From assembly GCA_951406725.2 (NCBI GenBank), contig OX597828.1, positions 68,138,001 through 68,202,000 on the forward strand: a DNA stretch of 64,000 bases, given 5' to 3'. The position numbers and the translations under genes were made by a program. The notes under the pieces were generated by a model, which made no database searches, was not told where the DNA came from, and saw only the letters and a list, made by a program, of their open reading frames with translations. This document shows positions 51,764 through 61,229 of this stretch, piece after piece (within the stretch, counting starts at the first letter, position 1; the number at the start of each line of letters is the position of its first letter). The DNA comes from Octopus vulgaris. Lineage: Eukaryota.

Positions 51764-54368
51764 GAGGCTAGTGGAGATGGCAAACTTGGCTTGTTATCAA
51801 ATAGGTGTGGCCTAGTCGCAAATAATGATTATTTGAAAGAATGTTCACCATTTTTCTTTCATTAACTAGACACATATATACGTAAAAACACTCACACATA
51901 CATGTACTAGTAGAAAAACTGAGACTTTAAGACCTACGAAGGAAGACAATATATTTATTTGTCAGTGCACAGATAATTAATAAGAGACGATAATTTGCCT
52001 GCATATAGATAATTAGCAACAAAAAATGATTCTGCTTGGTAAGGGCCCAGTGGGGTTATATACAACACCGTCACCCCCGCTCCGAACTTAACTCATCAGA
52101 ATTCTGCAAAGTTTTTGTATCCGTTATTACTCGACAATGATACCGCCCCGCTCGCGCGCGCGATGCCAGGCAAATCAAGGGTGGAACTAATGTGACTGAT
52201 CATCTGCTAGAAATAACAGCCAACTCTACTTCCAGCCACATCGTACTGTCTTGGAAAATAACAAAGCTACCCTAGGGTAAAACTACGCGATGCCTGAGGA
52301 TGTCTAGAGTTTGGAATATTCAAGCTCCTTCTCTGCAACTTTCACAACATAAGGAAATTTAAACGGTTCCAACATGGAACAAAAACAAAATTTCATTTCC
52401 AGCTGATAAATTAACTCCAGCACAATTAATTGTTGAATCAATAAGTAAACAGATGCGCGGGCACACCATTTGTTATTTGTTTAGCCCCAGGTCAGCGATG
52501 ATAGGACATTAAAGACATAGAACATCTACTGCAATAGATCCAATATGGCCATCAGTTTTTACGATGACAGGATGGGATTTAAAGGAAATTTAGTTGCTAT
52601 TTTCAGCTAGGTAAGTGACTGCGGAGAGACCCAAATCTTTCTTGACAGGAGCAGGTCCCATTTACATTCGTAACATGTATTGTCATTTCAATGTAAGATA
52701 GCTGGGAGTTCAAACCCCATCACTGCAGGACTCCGATACCAACTAATAAACGTGCGTGGGTCAAAGAGGAAGAAATGGCTCTACTGGAACGTGTAAAGAA
52801 CGTAGAAGAATGAAGATGGAGTAACAGCAGTCAGATTGATGGTTAAATATGTATATAGAGAGACAAATAAGTAAAATAAATGATGAATCCGGATTGACAG
52901 ATGTAATGAAAGGTGGACGAGAAGCAGACAAGATTCAGAAGGGTAGGATAGATATACAAAGATATAGAAGAGAAACAGGTCATAGATAGACGGGAAGATG
53001 AAGAGACAAGCTGGATAGAGATGCAGTGAGACTATTCTCAATTCAGCCCAGATTAATCCAAGATGTTCCAGCCGTGACCATGCCGCCTATTTTCTTCAGC
53101 TAGTGTATAGAAACCACATACGTAGTCCAGAGTGTCCTTCCTTTTGTAAAAGACTTGTTTAATGTACATTTACAAATTCTTCGAAGACGGTCGAGCTACT
53201 TGCATAGAGACTCCCTCTTTGGCTTGAAATGGAAGTTTATAAACTATTTCGAGTACCACCAAGATAAATTTTGTCCCTCATCCTTCCGAGGTCTATAAAA
53301 TAACTGAAGTAGGAAAGACTCAAAATTGTTTTTAAAGGGTGGCTTTTGGGGTGGAGACGGGCGGATGTCTTGCCCTGAAGTACTTAGGGGTCAATTAAAC
53401 CAACAAACCCGATTCCCCGCACCAAAATTGTGACTTTGTGCTTCTGTTACAAATTACATGTTACAAAACTAGGTTTACCAGAACATGTAGTATATAACAC
53501 ACATACATGTGTGTGTGTAAACATACATGCATGTATAACGGTTGTATATTTTGGGTGTATAACGTGAGTGCTGCACACCCACTTAAAAATGGTAAATAAT
53601 TTTGTTCTTGGAGTTATCATGACATAATGTGGTCAGAAATTATTTTCAAATTTTAATAATAATAACAGTAAGAAACAGATTGAGGGGTCGAAGTCGTCGT
53701 TGAGTATATTTATGTAAGGGTGGAAGCTTGAGACGGTGTTGAGTAGGAAAGAAGATGAGAAATGGGAATTTGGAATAAGGACAGAGAAGGATGGAGTTGA
53801 GATGAACGAATAATAAACACCGAATAAATCAATTTTGGAAGCGGAGAGTGTCTTTGAGAGAAGATATTGACGGATAATTAGGATGTGGGGAACGGCGACA
53901 TTAATTGTTTGAAGTCTCGGCGGGAAATGAAAATGTTCTGAAAGTTTGACATGAAAAGTGATGGAATTTTTAGGTTGGAAGAGAAGAGAAGGGGGGAAAG
54001 AATGACATAAGAAGGATGTGTAATATCCAGCTTCATCTGTTGTGTGTGTATATGTGTCGATATATATACACACACACACACACACACGTGTGTGTATATA
54101 AACGTTCGCGCGTGGATGGGTGCGCGTGGATGCGAGCCATTACAGCCAGGACCACCCCGTGGCACGGTCAATGCGTGTACTATGCGTGTGTGGGGGTATG
54201 TATAGGGATATAAATATATGGGAAGACGATGATAAAAAACTATTCTTTTACCGATCTTTGAAGTTCTCCCAGCCACACAGATGCATTCTCCTTGCCACTA
54301 ACGTCTGGGTTGTTGTACAAAGCTTGAAGTGCCTGGTGCACCGTCTCTAAGGGCGGCGGGGACTCCAT
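882..54368 (-). CDS. TNPO3: Transportin-3 (importin-beta family, SR-protein import receptor); spliced gene, 19 coding exons in window, 3' part outside window
   Basis: Joined exons give [50 protein letters not shown]...[11 protein letters not shown]...[14 protein letters not shown]...LRLGANRR...FRCLGSWF...[11 protein letters not shown]...HCQLEPDH...[14 protein letters not shown], collinear with metazoan TNPO3 as recalled. All introns are GT-AG with consistent phases; 1871 coding nt. Confidence 0.96.
1849..1940 (-). CDS. TNPO3: TNPO3 exon 18 ([31 protein letters not shown])
   Basis: ccccaag acceptor, AAG|gtaaag donor, 92 nt. Confidence 0.9.
3301..3492 (-). CDS. TNPO3: TNPO3 exon 17 ([13 protein letters not shown]...DAAIGLLK)
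   Basis: cttcag acceptor, G|gtaatc donor, 192 nt; inside track ORF 3089-3508. Confidence 0.93.
3830..4160 (+). mobile_element. RTE-clade LINE fragment (region just upstream of the RT domain)
   Basis: [37 protein letters not shown]. Confidence 0.65.
4505..4641 (-). CDS. TNPO3: TNPO3 exon 16 ([16 protein letters not shown]...[23 protein letters not shown])
   Basis: tttcag acceptor, G|gtaagt donor, 137 nt. Confidence 0.93.
5930..6027 (-). CDS. TNPO3: TNPO3 exon 15 ([33 protein letters not shown])
   Basis: ttctag acceptor, CC|gtaagt donor, 98 nt. Confidence 0.92.
7305..7412 (-). CDS. TNPO3: TNPO3 exon 14 ([36 protein letters not shown])
   Basis: ttacag acceptor, CAG|gtagta donor, 108 nt. Confidence 0.93.
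8646..8792 (-). CDS. TNPO3: TNPO3 exon 13 ([16 protein letters not shown]...HCQLEPDH)
   Basis: ttgcag acceptor, CAC|gtaagt donor, 147 nt. Confidence 0.95.
8940..9002 (-). CDS. TNPO3: TNPO3 exon 12 ([21 protein letters not shown])
   Basis: tttcag acceptor, GAA|gtaagt donor, 63 nt. Confidence 0.92.
9600..9675 (-). CDS. TNPO3: TNPO3 exon 11 ([25 protein letters not shown])
   Basis: ttccag acceptor, CAG|gtaagt donor, 76 nt. Confidence 0.93.
9810..10140. mobile_element. Fold-back element, probably inverted pseudo-LTR ends of a Penelope-like element carrying variant hammerhead motifs
   Basis: Arms ~9868-9998 / 10015-10140; same family as 22494-22808 in opposite orientation. Confidence 0.6.
11791..11891 (-). 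CDS. TNPO3: TNPO3 exon 10 ([34 protein letters not shown])
   Basis: tttcag acceptor, AA|gtatgt donor, 101 nt. Confidence 0.93.
12599..12673 (-). CDS. TNPO3: TNPO3 exon 9 ([25 protein letters not shown])
   Basis: ttgcag acceptor, GAG|gtaaga donor, 75 nt. Confidence 0.93.
13207..13768. repeat. Long inverted repeat (~215-bp arms); third copy at ~15400-15720
   Basis: tccaccgatggaagt...gaattacaaacac versus its reverse complement at ~13550-13768. Confidence 0.85.
15003..15375 (+). mobile_element. tRNA-derived CORE-like SINE family B (copies also ~4770-5165 +, 25730-26060 +, 42135-42515 -, 47545-47960 +)
   Basis: ggcgcagg..tgtgtggtaagaagcttgc..ggttccaggtttcagtccc head; ttgggcaagtgtcttctactatagcc CORE-like domain. 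Confidence 0.75.
15780..16060 (+). mobile_element. RTE-clade LINE ORF2 C-terminal fragment
   Basis: ETW..., [31 protein letters not shown] across frameshifts. Confidence 0.7.
16072..16415 (+). mobile_element. Helentron/HINE-like non-autonomous element
   Basis: Starts ACTAG with hairpin ctagcactatgac..gtcatagtgctag; ends with (GACA)n and tttatatatagagagat. Confidence 0.55.
16453..16596 (-). CDS. TNPO3: TNPO3 exon 8 ([27 protein letters not shown]...TAFHVL)
   Basis: ttccag acceptor, TTG|gtaagt donor, 144 nt. Confidence 0.93.
16710..17600 (+). pseudogene. Decayed mariner (Tc1/mariner) transposase
   Basis: Frameshifted motifs [20 protein letters not shown](W)[21 protein letters not shown] and a HPPYSPDLAPSDY-like stretch. 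Confidence 0.8.
17780..18113 (-). mobile_element. tRNA-derived SINE family D (also ~60150-60370 -)
   Basis: Minus strand starts GTGAAGGCGCATGGCTCAGTGGTTAGAGCG..., body cactttatttcacgttgctccagttca. Confidence 0.7.
18549..18641 (-). CDS. TNPO3: TNPO3 exon 7 ([31 protein letters not shown])
   Basis: ctgtag acceptor, CTA|gtaagt donor, 93 nt. Confidence 0.93.
18952..19246 (-). mobile_element. tRNA-derived SINE family C (body also at ~25190-25460 +)
   Basis: Minus strand starts GGAGGCGCAATGGCCCAGTGGTTAGGGCAGCGGACTCGCGG..TTCGATT. Confidence 0.7.
19500..20200 (-). mobile_element. Decayed RLE-type non-LTR retrotransposon 3' part (R4/NeSL-like)
   Basis: [30 protein letters not shown] zinc knuckle, [31 protein letters not shown]...ARIL. 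Confidence 0.72.
20781..20844 (-). CDS. TNPO3: TNPO3 exon 6 ([21 protein letters not shown])
   Basis: gttcag acceptor, GAG|gtaagg donor, 64 nt. Confidence 0.93.
22494..22808. mobile_element. Second copy of the fold-back (Penelope-like) element
   Basis: Arms ~22494-22612 / 22626-22754 plus the same ~55-60-nt unpaired tail as 9810-9867. Confidence 0.6.
24066..24139 (-). CDS. TNPO3: TNPO3 exon 5 ([25 protein letters not shown])
   Basis: ttacag acceptor, AG|gttggt donor, 74 nt. Confidence 0.92.
24888..24959 (-). CDS. TNPO3: TNPO3 exon 4 ([24 protein letters not shown])
   Basis: tttcag acceptor, CAG|gttggt donor, 72 nt. Confidence 0.92.
26380..26421 (-). CDS. TNPO3: TNPO3 exon 3, 42-nt micro-exon ([14 protein letters not shown])
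   Basis: ttacag acceptor, TCA|gtaagt donor; fills the gap matching IQTSFYELPTDSHA. Confidence 0.88.
27845..27934 (-). CDS. TNPO3: TNPO3 exon 2 ([30 protein letters not shown])
   Basis: ctgtag acceptor, AAG|gtttgt donor, 90 nt. Confidence 0.94.
28100..28390 (-). mobile_element. RTE-clade LINE 3' fragment; same family on plus strand at ~44500-44820
   Basis: [29 protein letters not shown]...LASNRQAW. Confidence 0.7.
28969..29190 (+). mobile_element. ~220-bp piggyBac-type MITE
   Basis: TTAA flanks, (A/C)CCTTT...AAAGGG termini; same family as 36857-37078 and 41629-41849. Confidence 0.8.
29496..30546 (+). mobile_element. Non-autonomous piggyBac element (internal deletion derivative) with N-terminal transposase remnant
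   Basis: TTAA on both sides (29492-95, 30547-50), CCCTTT...AAAGGG termini; 29868-30158 encodes an acidic N-terminus plus ALDYFFLLF...[10 protein letters not shown] typical of PGBD transposases. Confidence 0.85.
32237..32391. repeat. Near-perfect inverted repeat, ~68-bp arms, ~19-nt loop
   Basis: ataggagaggaaaaattataaaaaggcagaatgc...gggtgt / acaccc...gcattctgcctttttataatttttcctctcctat. Confidence 0.85.
34831..35120. repeat. Fold-back element (~100-bp arms) with a degenerate hammerhead remnant in the spacer
   Basis: Arms ~34831-34930 / 35008-35120; GTCA-CTGAAGA-T-GTCACA-ggatg-TGTGAT-GATA at about 34976-35008. Confidence 0.5.
36857..37078 (-). mobile_element. ~220-bp piggyBac-type MITE (inverted copy)
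   Basis: Reverse complement of the 28969-29190 family, TTAA at left flank. Confidence 0.78.
41605..42012 (+). mobile_element. Mariner-derived MITE (host of the piggyBac MITE)
   Basis: TIRs gaaaagttcctggcttt / aaagccaggaacttttc; internal [14 protein letters not shown] resembles the mariner transposase C-terminus. Confidence 0.65.
41629..41849 (+). mobile_element. ~220-bp piggyBac-type MITE nested in a mariner-derived MITE
   Basis: TTAA duplicated at 41625-28 and 41850-53. Confidence 0.82.
43605..46925. repeat. Inverted duplication: ~43605-44020 versus ~46538-46925
   Basis: gcatatggcttcaaaag...gaatgtcatttgga is present as a near-identical reverse complement. Confidence 0.85.
47851..49986 (+). 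repeat. Tandem duplication, 2 x 1068 bp (47851-48918 / 48919-49986)
   Basis: Both units start aaatattaccttgcttggagacagg and end cggctggtttggcagttt; track ORFs recur at a 1068-bp offset. Confidence 0.95.
48085..48860 (+). mobile_element. RTE LINE 3' end: ORF2 tail joined to the abundant (GAT)n-tailed 3'UTR repeat (duplicated at ~49153-49928)
   Basis: [32 protein letters not shown] followed by the gtgccggtggcac sub-repeats and the ttaggaagggcatccagctgtagaaa...ttaaatgat tail. Confidence 0.75.
54252..54368 (-). CDS. TNPO3: TNPO3 exon 1 coding part ([39 protein letters not shown])
   Basis: ATG at 54368, TCG|gtaaaa donor, 117 nt. Confidence 0.94.
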
Positions 54369-55380
54369 CCTTTGACTGATTGATGTATTATTCTAATAAT
54401 TGTGGTTGTTGTTGTTATTTCCCTCGGTCTTTCGTCGCTCGTCTCACCCAAAACACTGAGGTTCCTCGACGAGAAACCGGAAGTCCACTGCCATAAACCG
54501 ATCGACGTTGCTAACACCCAACTGTCGTAAACCGGTTCGCACTAATTTTTATTAATCTTTAGTCTTTAGTCGCCTTTAATAATAACTCCGTTTCCTTCTC
54601 TCCTAGAATACTTTTTTGGGGAATATTAACCCGATCTCCCCACTGATTGTAGTTTTACATATTATTTTATCAGTCCTCGGAACGATGGATGGAAGGCAAA
54701 GTTAATCCCAGAGGAATTTGAACTCAGACCATAACTGATGGTTCTTCACTGTATTAATTCAACCATTAAACAGATTTTAATTATTTACTTTTCTCTTCAC
54801 TGATTACAACAATCGCTTTCATAACACAGTGTGGAATTCTAAAATCAACAAAAAGTCCCTTTTTTTCTACATATTTAGACAAATCATTTTTTTTAATAAT
54901 AAAATATAATTATGTTCCAATTTATCCATGTTAGGTAATGGGAGGGGGGGTCTCTAATTAACTATTGTTAATAGCAGGAAGTGATTTATTAATCATTGAA
55001 CACGTTTAATCTCTCTTTCTCCCTGAACATATATATATACATGTGAGGGGGGGGGTATAAGCGTGTGTAATAGAGAAAGAGGGGTTTGTGTTGGTATGTG
55101 CACTTTTATTGGGATCGTCCATCCAAAATTTAATATAATATACTTTATTATCACATAATATTTGTACACAAGTTCCCATATTATTTCTTAATCTCACGAA
55201 TTTTCTTTTTGAATTATTTTTATTTGTCAGAAACTGTTTCTGCCCGGAATGAACTTCTTTTTTTTTCCTCGTATCTAAAAGGTCAGAGGTCACTTCCGCC
55301 TCGAAGTGTTCACTTTTCGTTTTGTCAGTTGCTGATGTTTTGGAAAGTTCGCCACCAAACACACACAGAACCGATTACTC
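54369..55380. promoter_or_regulatory. Putative bidirectional promoter and 5'UTRs of TNPO3 and WASHC3
   Basis: Divergent ATGs separated by 1012 bp; CpG-rich patches near both ends; ETS-like sites ACCGGAAGT (54476-54484), CAGGAAGTG (54975-54983), ACTTCCG (55292-55298). Confidence 0.7.
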
Positions 55381-55431
55381 ATGGATTCGGACGGTTTGCC
55401 CCTTGTGGGCACTGGTATCGATTATACAAAG
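55381..55431 (+). CDS. WASHC3: WASHC3 exon 1 coding part ([17 protein letters not shown])
   Basis: ATG at 55381; AAG|gttcat donor. Confidence 0.88.
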
Positions 55432-55885
55432 GTTCATATATTAGCTTTATTTTCTTTCATTTTTCCTTGTTTTCTCTAATGTCGATGTAATTTTATCCCG
55501 TTCCTCCCACTTAAAAGAGGCGTATCTTAAACCAAAACCAGGGATTGATCCATCTACTGAAATCATTCTTCTGCATTATATAAAACAAGAACATACAAGA
55601 TAATGTAGTCCTATTTGTAAAGATATAACCAAACAGAATGGTTGTGACTGGAAGGTTAAATCATAAATCTGTATGATTGAAGGACTGGCTTAGAGCTGCA
55701 CAAAGCCACGTCTTTCAACCAGATCGATCGTTTTATGTTGATTTTTTTGGTTTCTCTTTTAATTTAACATAAGAGTCAGCCAGTTCGATACTCCATCGTT
55801 CCACCTCCCCCTTTGTTAACACGGAAACATACATACATACATATATATATATACACATATGTACATATAGACATACATACATTCA

Positions 55886-55933
<48 letters not shown>

Positions 55934-58900
55934 CGTACATACATACAAACATATATATATATATACATACGTACATATATACATACATACATACAAACAT
56001 ACATACATACAGACAGACAGCTAAATAAGTTGTTTACTGTTAGGGTTTAAATATAACTGCCCGATAAACTGATACGTTTGACCAAGTTTATATGGGTTCA
56101 TGTATGTGTGTGTCATGAATCACGAGGATTCACTATTATGACTTGTAATTGGACTGAGTGAGAGGCAAATCGTCTCTGGTCCGACTGTTGTTTTTTGTCT
56201 TCAGTGTTGCAGCAAATTTACGACATAAACAAAAACAAAACTTGGCAACTCCAGATGTCGTGATGTACTTTTGAATAATATGTTTATGTTCCGAAACACA
56301 GTAGAGAATGATTTTATACATTTAGGGACAGGGCAACTTATTGAATGTGGTTTGGTGACTTGCATCTGCATCTTAACTGGCACTGACTCACTTTGCTAGT
56401 CTGAGTTTCAAAGTTAAACTTAAACCATGATGTTAAAAATGTACTGGAAATGAACGAGAAGGGAGTCTCGACATTGTCACACAAACTGTTAGAAATATCT
56501 GCCAAGACTCTTCTAAATTACATTCTACCACCTTGAAATATGTTGTCCCAGATACACCATGTTCTTCAAAATAAATGGTAGAGTCATGGGTGGAGCAATA
56601 TTTAGTATAAGCTTGCTGGATCATTACAGACCTAGGGTTAAACAACAGCAACAAGCATGTATCTGACTCATACACTGTTCACTTCCCAGACATTTGTACA
56701 TTACTGCATATACTTTATACGCACTTTTGACAAGTTGTGGTGCACCTGAGCACTTTATACAATAATTTCATTATTATTATTATTCAGTTTTTTTAAATGT
56801 TTGTATTGTTAATCTTATGGAAAAGTTACTTCTTAATCAGTGAGATATATTTGTTAGAGATTGAGGGACCACCACCAGCAGACTGGTGGCGTTACTGCCA
56901 CCAAGGTACATCTCAAATATCGACAGACAAAACGTGGTTAGGGATTGAACAAGTCAGAATAGTACGGTTCAAGTATTTGCAAAAGAAGGAATTCTGCTTA
57001 ATCCACCCCAAAATCCAGACGATGGCGTTAGACCTAACAAAATATTCAAAACCTGAAAACGTTGTTAACTTCCCCACCCATTTAGATGTCGTTGACCTCC
57101 TCGTTCAAATGAAAACATACCACCCAAGCTAATCGGTGTAAGGGTACACCCCTCCACAAGTTATATCCATGGAATTGCAGGGGATTGCAGCAAAACACCT
57201 GTTAATAATGCAGTATCAGAATTTTTAGGGTTTGGGACAAAAATGCCTCGAATTTGTTGCTTTGTGTTATGAATTCAAGTCCTGCCAAGGTCAATAAAAT
57301 AAAACCAGTCATATACTGGTGTCAGAATCAATTATCTTCTAAGCATCTATGGCACTAGTGGTGCTGCTTGTTTTATATCTCATTGAAATCAGTCTACAGG
57401 TACAATTGTAGCTGGAGGAAGAAAAAATTGATAAACTAAACATTTGAGTTCCTCCTTCACCCGCCGTCTTTCACCCTCCAAGTATAAGCACAAAACTTTG
57501 TTGCCAATGACTATTAATTCAGTTGTCCATGTTTTGACCGTGTATCAGCTAACAGACTAGACGTTGTTGTTAATGTTTCTTCTTATTTTTCTTTCATAGT
57601 GTGAAGCCATTTATCAAAAGAGAACATTGGCTTTCCTCAACCATTTCATCACACATACTGTACGGTTTTTGAACAAATTCTCTGGTGTTTGTGAAGAAAA
57701 ACTGGAAACAATGTCTTATCGTATTCAAAGGCTTGAAATCATGATGAATATTTTAGAAGCAAAGGTAAGTGTTTATAGAATTTGATTTGGTTTTCAGAGA
57801 TGAGGTATCATTCATCATCATCATCATAGTTTAACGTCCGCTTTCCATGCTAGCATGGGTTGGACGAATGACTGAGGGCTGGCGAACCAGATGGCTGCAC
57901 CAGGCTTCAATCTTGATCTGGCAGAGTTTCTACAGCTGGATGCCCTTCCTAACGCCAACCACTCCAAGAGTGCAGTGGGTGTTTTTACGTGCCACCGGCA
58001 TGGCGCCAGTCAGGCGATACTGGCAACGACCTCACTCAAATCTTTTACACATGCCACCGGCACAGGTGCCAGTAATGCGATGCTGGTAATGATCACGCTC
58101 GAATGATGTCTTTTACGTGCCACCGGCACAGAGCCAGTTGGCTGCTCGGGCAGCAATCACGCTCAGATGGTGCTCTTGGCACCCTACTAACACTGGCACA
58201 AGTGCCGGTAAGGCAACGCTGGTAATGATCATACTCGAATGGTGCTTTTTTTATGTGCCACTGGCACGGAAGCTGGTTAGCTGCTCTGTCAATGATCTCC
58301 CTCGTATGGTGCTCTTTGCACCCCACTAGCACAGATGCCAGTCATCAATTTTAATTTCAATTTCACTTGCCTCAACAGGTCTTCACAAGGAAATCCTCAA
58401 GACTTTATTAATATTATAATTGGTGAACTCTGACAGTTCACTCCTCTCACTTGCAGTGTCCACTGGTATCATCTTTCATATTCAGAGACACAAGGAGAAC
58501 TTTTTCTGTTTCTCATCTGATTAGAAATCATTTCTGTCATTAATTCCTGTAATCCTTATTGAGTTTAATGTAAAAATGAAATATGCTCATCTTTGTATTT
58601 TTACTTTTTGTTCGTTTCTAAAGTTATCCTCCATCCCTGGGTTAGAAAACGTAGTAGCACCAACGCCAGAGAGTACATCTTCTCCATCTGCTGTAGCAAA
58701 TACTCCTTCGCAACCAACTGAACCTGTACAACAAACAACAAAGGTAAGGCTTCACTCTAGTATTATATCAAATTCTAGGCATCAAGCTAGCAGAACTGTC
58801 AGCACTCCAGGCAAAAGCCTTGGCAGCATTTCATCCATCTTTATGTTCTGGTTTCAAATTCTGCTGTGGCCAACTTACCCTTTCATCGTTTCAGAGTTGA

Positions 58901-60984
58901 TGAAATAAGTACCAGTTGAGCACTGGAGTCAGTGCAATCAATTTACTTCCTCCCCCAAAATTGCTGGCCTTGTGCCAAAATTTGAAACCAATGTTATAAT
59001 AAAAAAATTTTCACATTGATACATTGTTTTCTCACAGGGTACCATAGATATTATTTTCTCTTGGAGTACCATAGAGTAATTTGTATATTAACTTCATGGT
59101 CACCTGAGACCCTGATCCAGGTTTCTCAAGGAATCCTTCTTTAATACCATCACCTGGCTGATTGTGATAACAACTTGTCTCCATTCAATCAATGAATGAG
59201 CCTGTATCATGAATACACCTGGATCTGTCTTTTAAAAAAAAAGGAAGAATGTATTGAACTATGTAGTCTTAAATATAAAAGATGAGATGGCCATGGTTGG
59301 AACCTTCCTCTTCACAAATCTGCTCAATCAAGGCTGACCTACAGCTAATCAACAGCATAACAACCTAGGATCTTTTCTCTTTGATACCATCTTGGAAACT
59401 AGTAATTTATTTCTGTCCAGAGTTCAACTTGTCCTTCCACTATGTTAGCCTTTTTCTTAGATGTATTTGGTCTCGTGTCATTGCAGGAAGCCACACCAAG
59501 TGCTGCAGATCCAACAACACCAGCAACACCTGCAGCTGCTCCACCAGCAACCCCAGAGGAACCCAAAAAAACCGTTTCTCAAGATCCAAGATACATGAAA
59601 TATTTCAAGATGTTATCTGTTGTGAGTATATTATATCATCATATATATGTATATAGAGAGGTGGGGTGTGTGTCATCATTGTACCTGTTTTACTTCCACT
59701 TTCCATAACTGTCAAGGGTTGGCTGGGTCATTGCTTCTCCTAGGTGTGTTGATAGACTATATCTTGCCCTGAAGGCGAGCTGGCAGAATCGTTAGCACAC
59801 CGGACGAAATGCTTAGCGGTATTTCGTCTGCCGTTACGTTCTGAGTTCAAATTCTGCCGAGGTCCATTTTGCCTTTCATCCCTTCGGGGTTGATTAAAAT
59901 AAGTACCAGTTACGCACTGGGGTCGATGTAATCGACTTAATCCCTTTGTCTGATCTTGTTTGTCCCCTCTGTGTTTAACTCCTTGTGGGTAGTAAAGAAA
60001 TATACATCTTGCCCTGAAGGTTTTATTTTGTGTTTGGTTTCTATGGCTGGATGCCTTTTCTAACTTTAGAGGATGCATTTTATCTTGGAACCAATACTAG
60101 AGAGTGTAATGGGTAGCAAAAGATGGATCAAGAGTAGATCTGATGAGGTGCTTCCCCTCTCACTGCTACTGATGTTGTCCAAGAGAAAGACAACCAATAC
60201 AGCTTGGCACCAATGACGTCGCAACTCATTTCTACAACCGAGTGAACTGGAGCAATGTGAAATAAAGTGTCTTGCTCAAGAACTCAACACACAACCCAAT
60301 CCAGGAATCGAACTCACTACCTCATGATTGTGAGCCTGGCACTCTAACCACTGAACCATGTGCCTTCACATGAAGGATTAGATATCTAACAAATCAAACT
60401 CCCAGTCAGATTCTACAATTGTCAGGTCAACCTTGTAGTCGTCCTCCCAGACACCAGCCTCTGAATACAAGATACTGCACACCAGACATTGTAGCCCAAC
60501 CACTGCACTGACCACAGTACCCCAGACACTCTACTTTAGTCTGTAAGACACAAACTAAAATTTGACTGACCAAGCTCTTTTTTTATACAGAAATGTTCCT
60601 CAAAGTTGCTGTTAATGAAATAAATTTAAAAAAGAGAAAAACAAACAGTATTTTGAATTAACTGTTGGTATTTCTACCTATTTAGGGAGTTCCAGAACCT
60701 GCCGTCAAGATTAAAATGCAACAGGAAGGGCTGAATCCAAGCTTATTAGAGTAAGTACGCTCAGACATTCACATCAGTGCATTGCAAAATCTTGCCGTTG
60801 TTAAGAATTGAAATAATTTTGTGAAAAATTTTCATTTTGTTTAGTAATTAATTAAAGCAATTAAAATACTTCAATTTGTCATTTCAGTGATCCAAAGGCT
60901 CCAGCTCCCCCTGGTGGAAGTGGTGATGATGACGATTCCAGCAAAGACAATGATTCTAGTGATAGCGATGACTTCAGTGATTAA
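55381..60984 (+). CDS. WASHC3: WASH complex subunit 3 (CCDC53), complete, 6 exons, 633 nt / 210 aa
   Basis: [17 protein letters not shown]|[35 protein letters not shown]...NILEAK|[10 protein letters not shown]...|...[13 protein letters not shown]|[22 protein letters not shown]|DPKAPAP...DDFSD*; hallmark CCDC53 motifs, GT-AG introns, phases consistent. Confidence 0.95.
55826..56020. repeat. (AT)n/(ATAC)n microsatellite in WASHC3 intron 1
   Basis: Directly visible; similar tracts at 33229-33260 (TG), 36518-36544 (GA), 51306-51360 (AT), 31620-32240 (degenerate AT/AC). Confidence 0.9.
57600..57764 (+). CDS. WASHC3: WASHC3 exon 2
   Basis: tcatag acceptor, AAG|gtaagt donor, 165 nt, coiled-coil region. 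Confidence 0.94.
58624..58743 (+). CDS. WASHC3: WASHC3 exon 3 ([13 protein letters not shown]...QTTK)
   Basis: ctaaag acceptor, AAG|gtaagg donor, 120 nt. Confidence 0.9.
59487..59621 (+). CDS. WASHC3: WASHC3 exon 4 (EATPSAADP...[13 protein letters not shown])
   Basis: ttgcag acceptor, GTT|gtgagt donor, 135 nt. Confidence 0.92.
59772..60001 (+). mobile_element. tRNA-derived SINE family A (copies also ~1650-1800 -, 6200-6405 -, 17607-17765 +, 21300-21480 -, 33421-33586 +, 39930-40112 +, 46168-46380 +, 50945-51100 -, 58780-58990 +)
   Basis: ggcgagctggcagaatcgttagc (A box), gagttcaaattc (B box), core gcctttcatcc..ggggt.gataaa..aagtaccag. Confidence 0.8.
60686..60750 (+). CDS. WASHC3: WASHC3 exon 5 ([22 protein letters not shown])
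   Basis: atttag acceptor, GA|gtaagt donor, 65 nt. Confidence 0.93.
60888..60984 (+). CDS. WASHC3: WASHC3 exon 6 coding part to TAA (acidic tail)
   Basis: tttcag acceptor; [31 protein letters not shown]. Confidence 0.92.
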
Positions 60985-61229
60985 ATTGTCGGGCAGGCGG
61001 AATACACTGACCTTGTGATAATTCTGATCTTTACTGACCCATGATATACCAAAGTAGACGATGCCTCACCCTCCACATTGAACTGGTTTGAAAAACATGC
61101 AAGGATTTGGAGAAAATGTCACTTTATTTTTCATTTTATTATTTCTTTGTCGTATATGCTATGCCATATATGGTAAACCTCTTGGCAGTTTCTTATTGTT
61201 AGTAGTAATAGTAGAAGTAGTATTAGAGA

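Noticed and set aside
53633-54276. 150-aa and 132-aa ORFs near TNPO3 exon 1
   Set aside because: Low-complexity, microsatellite-containing intron 1 sequence; the real exon is 54252-54368.
60138-60170. CTGATGA hammerhead-like core (also at ~22332)
   Set aside because: No correctly placed stem II/GAAA or stem I complement.
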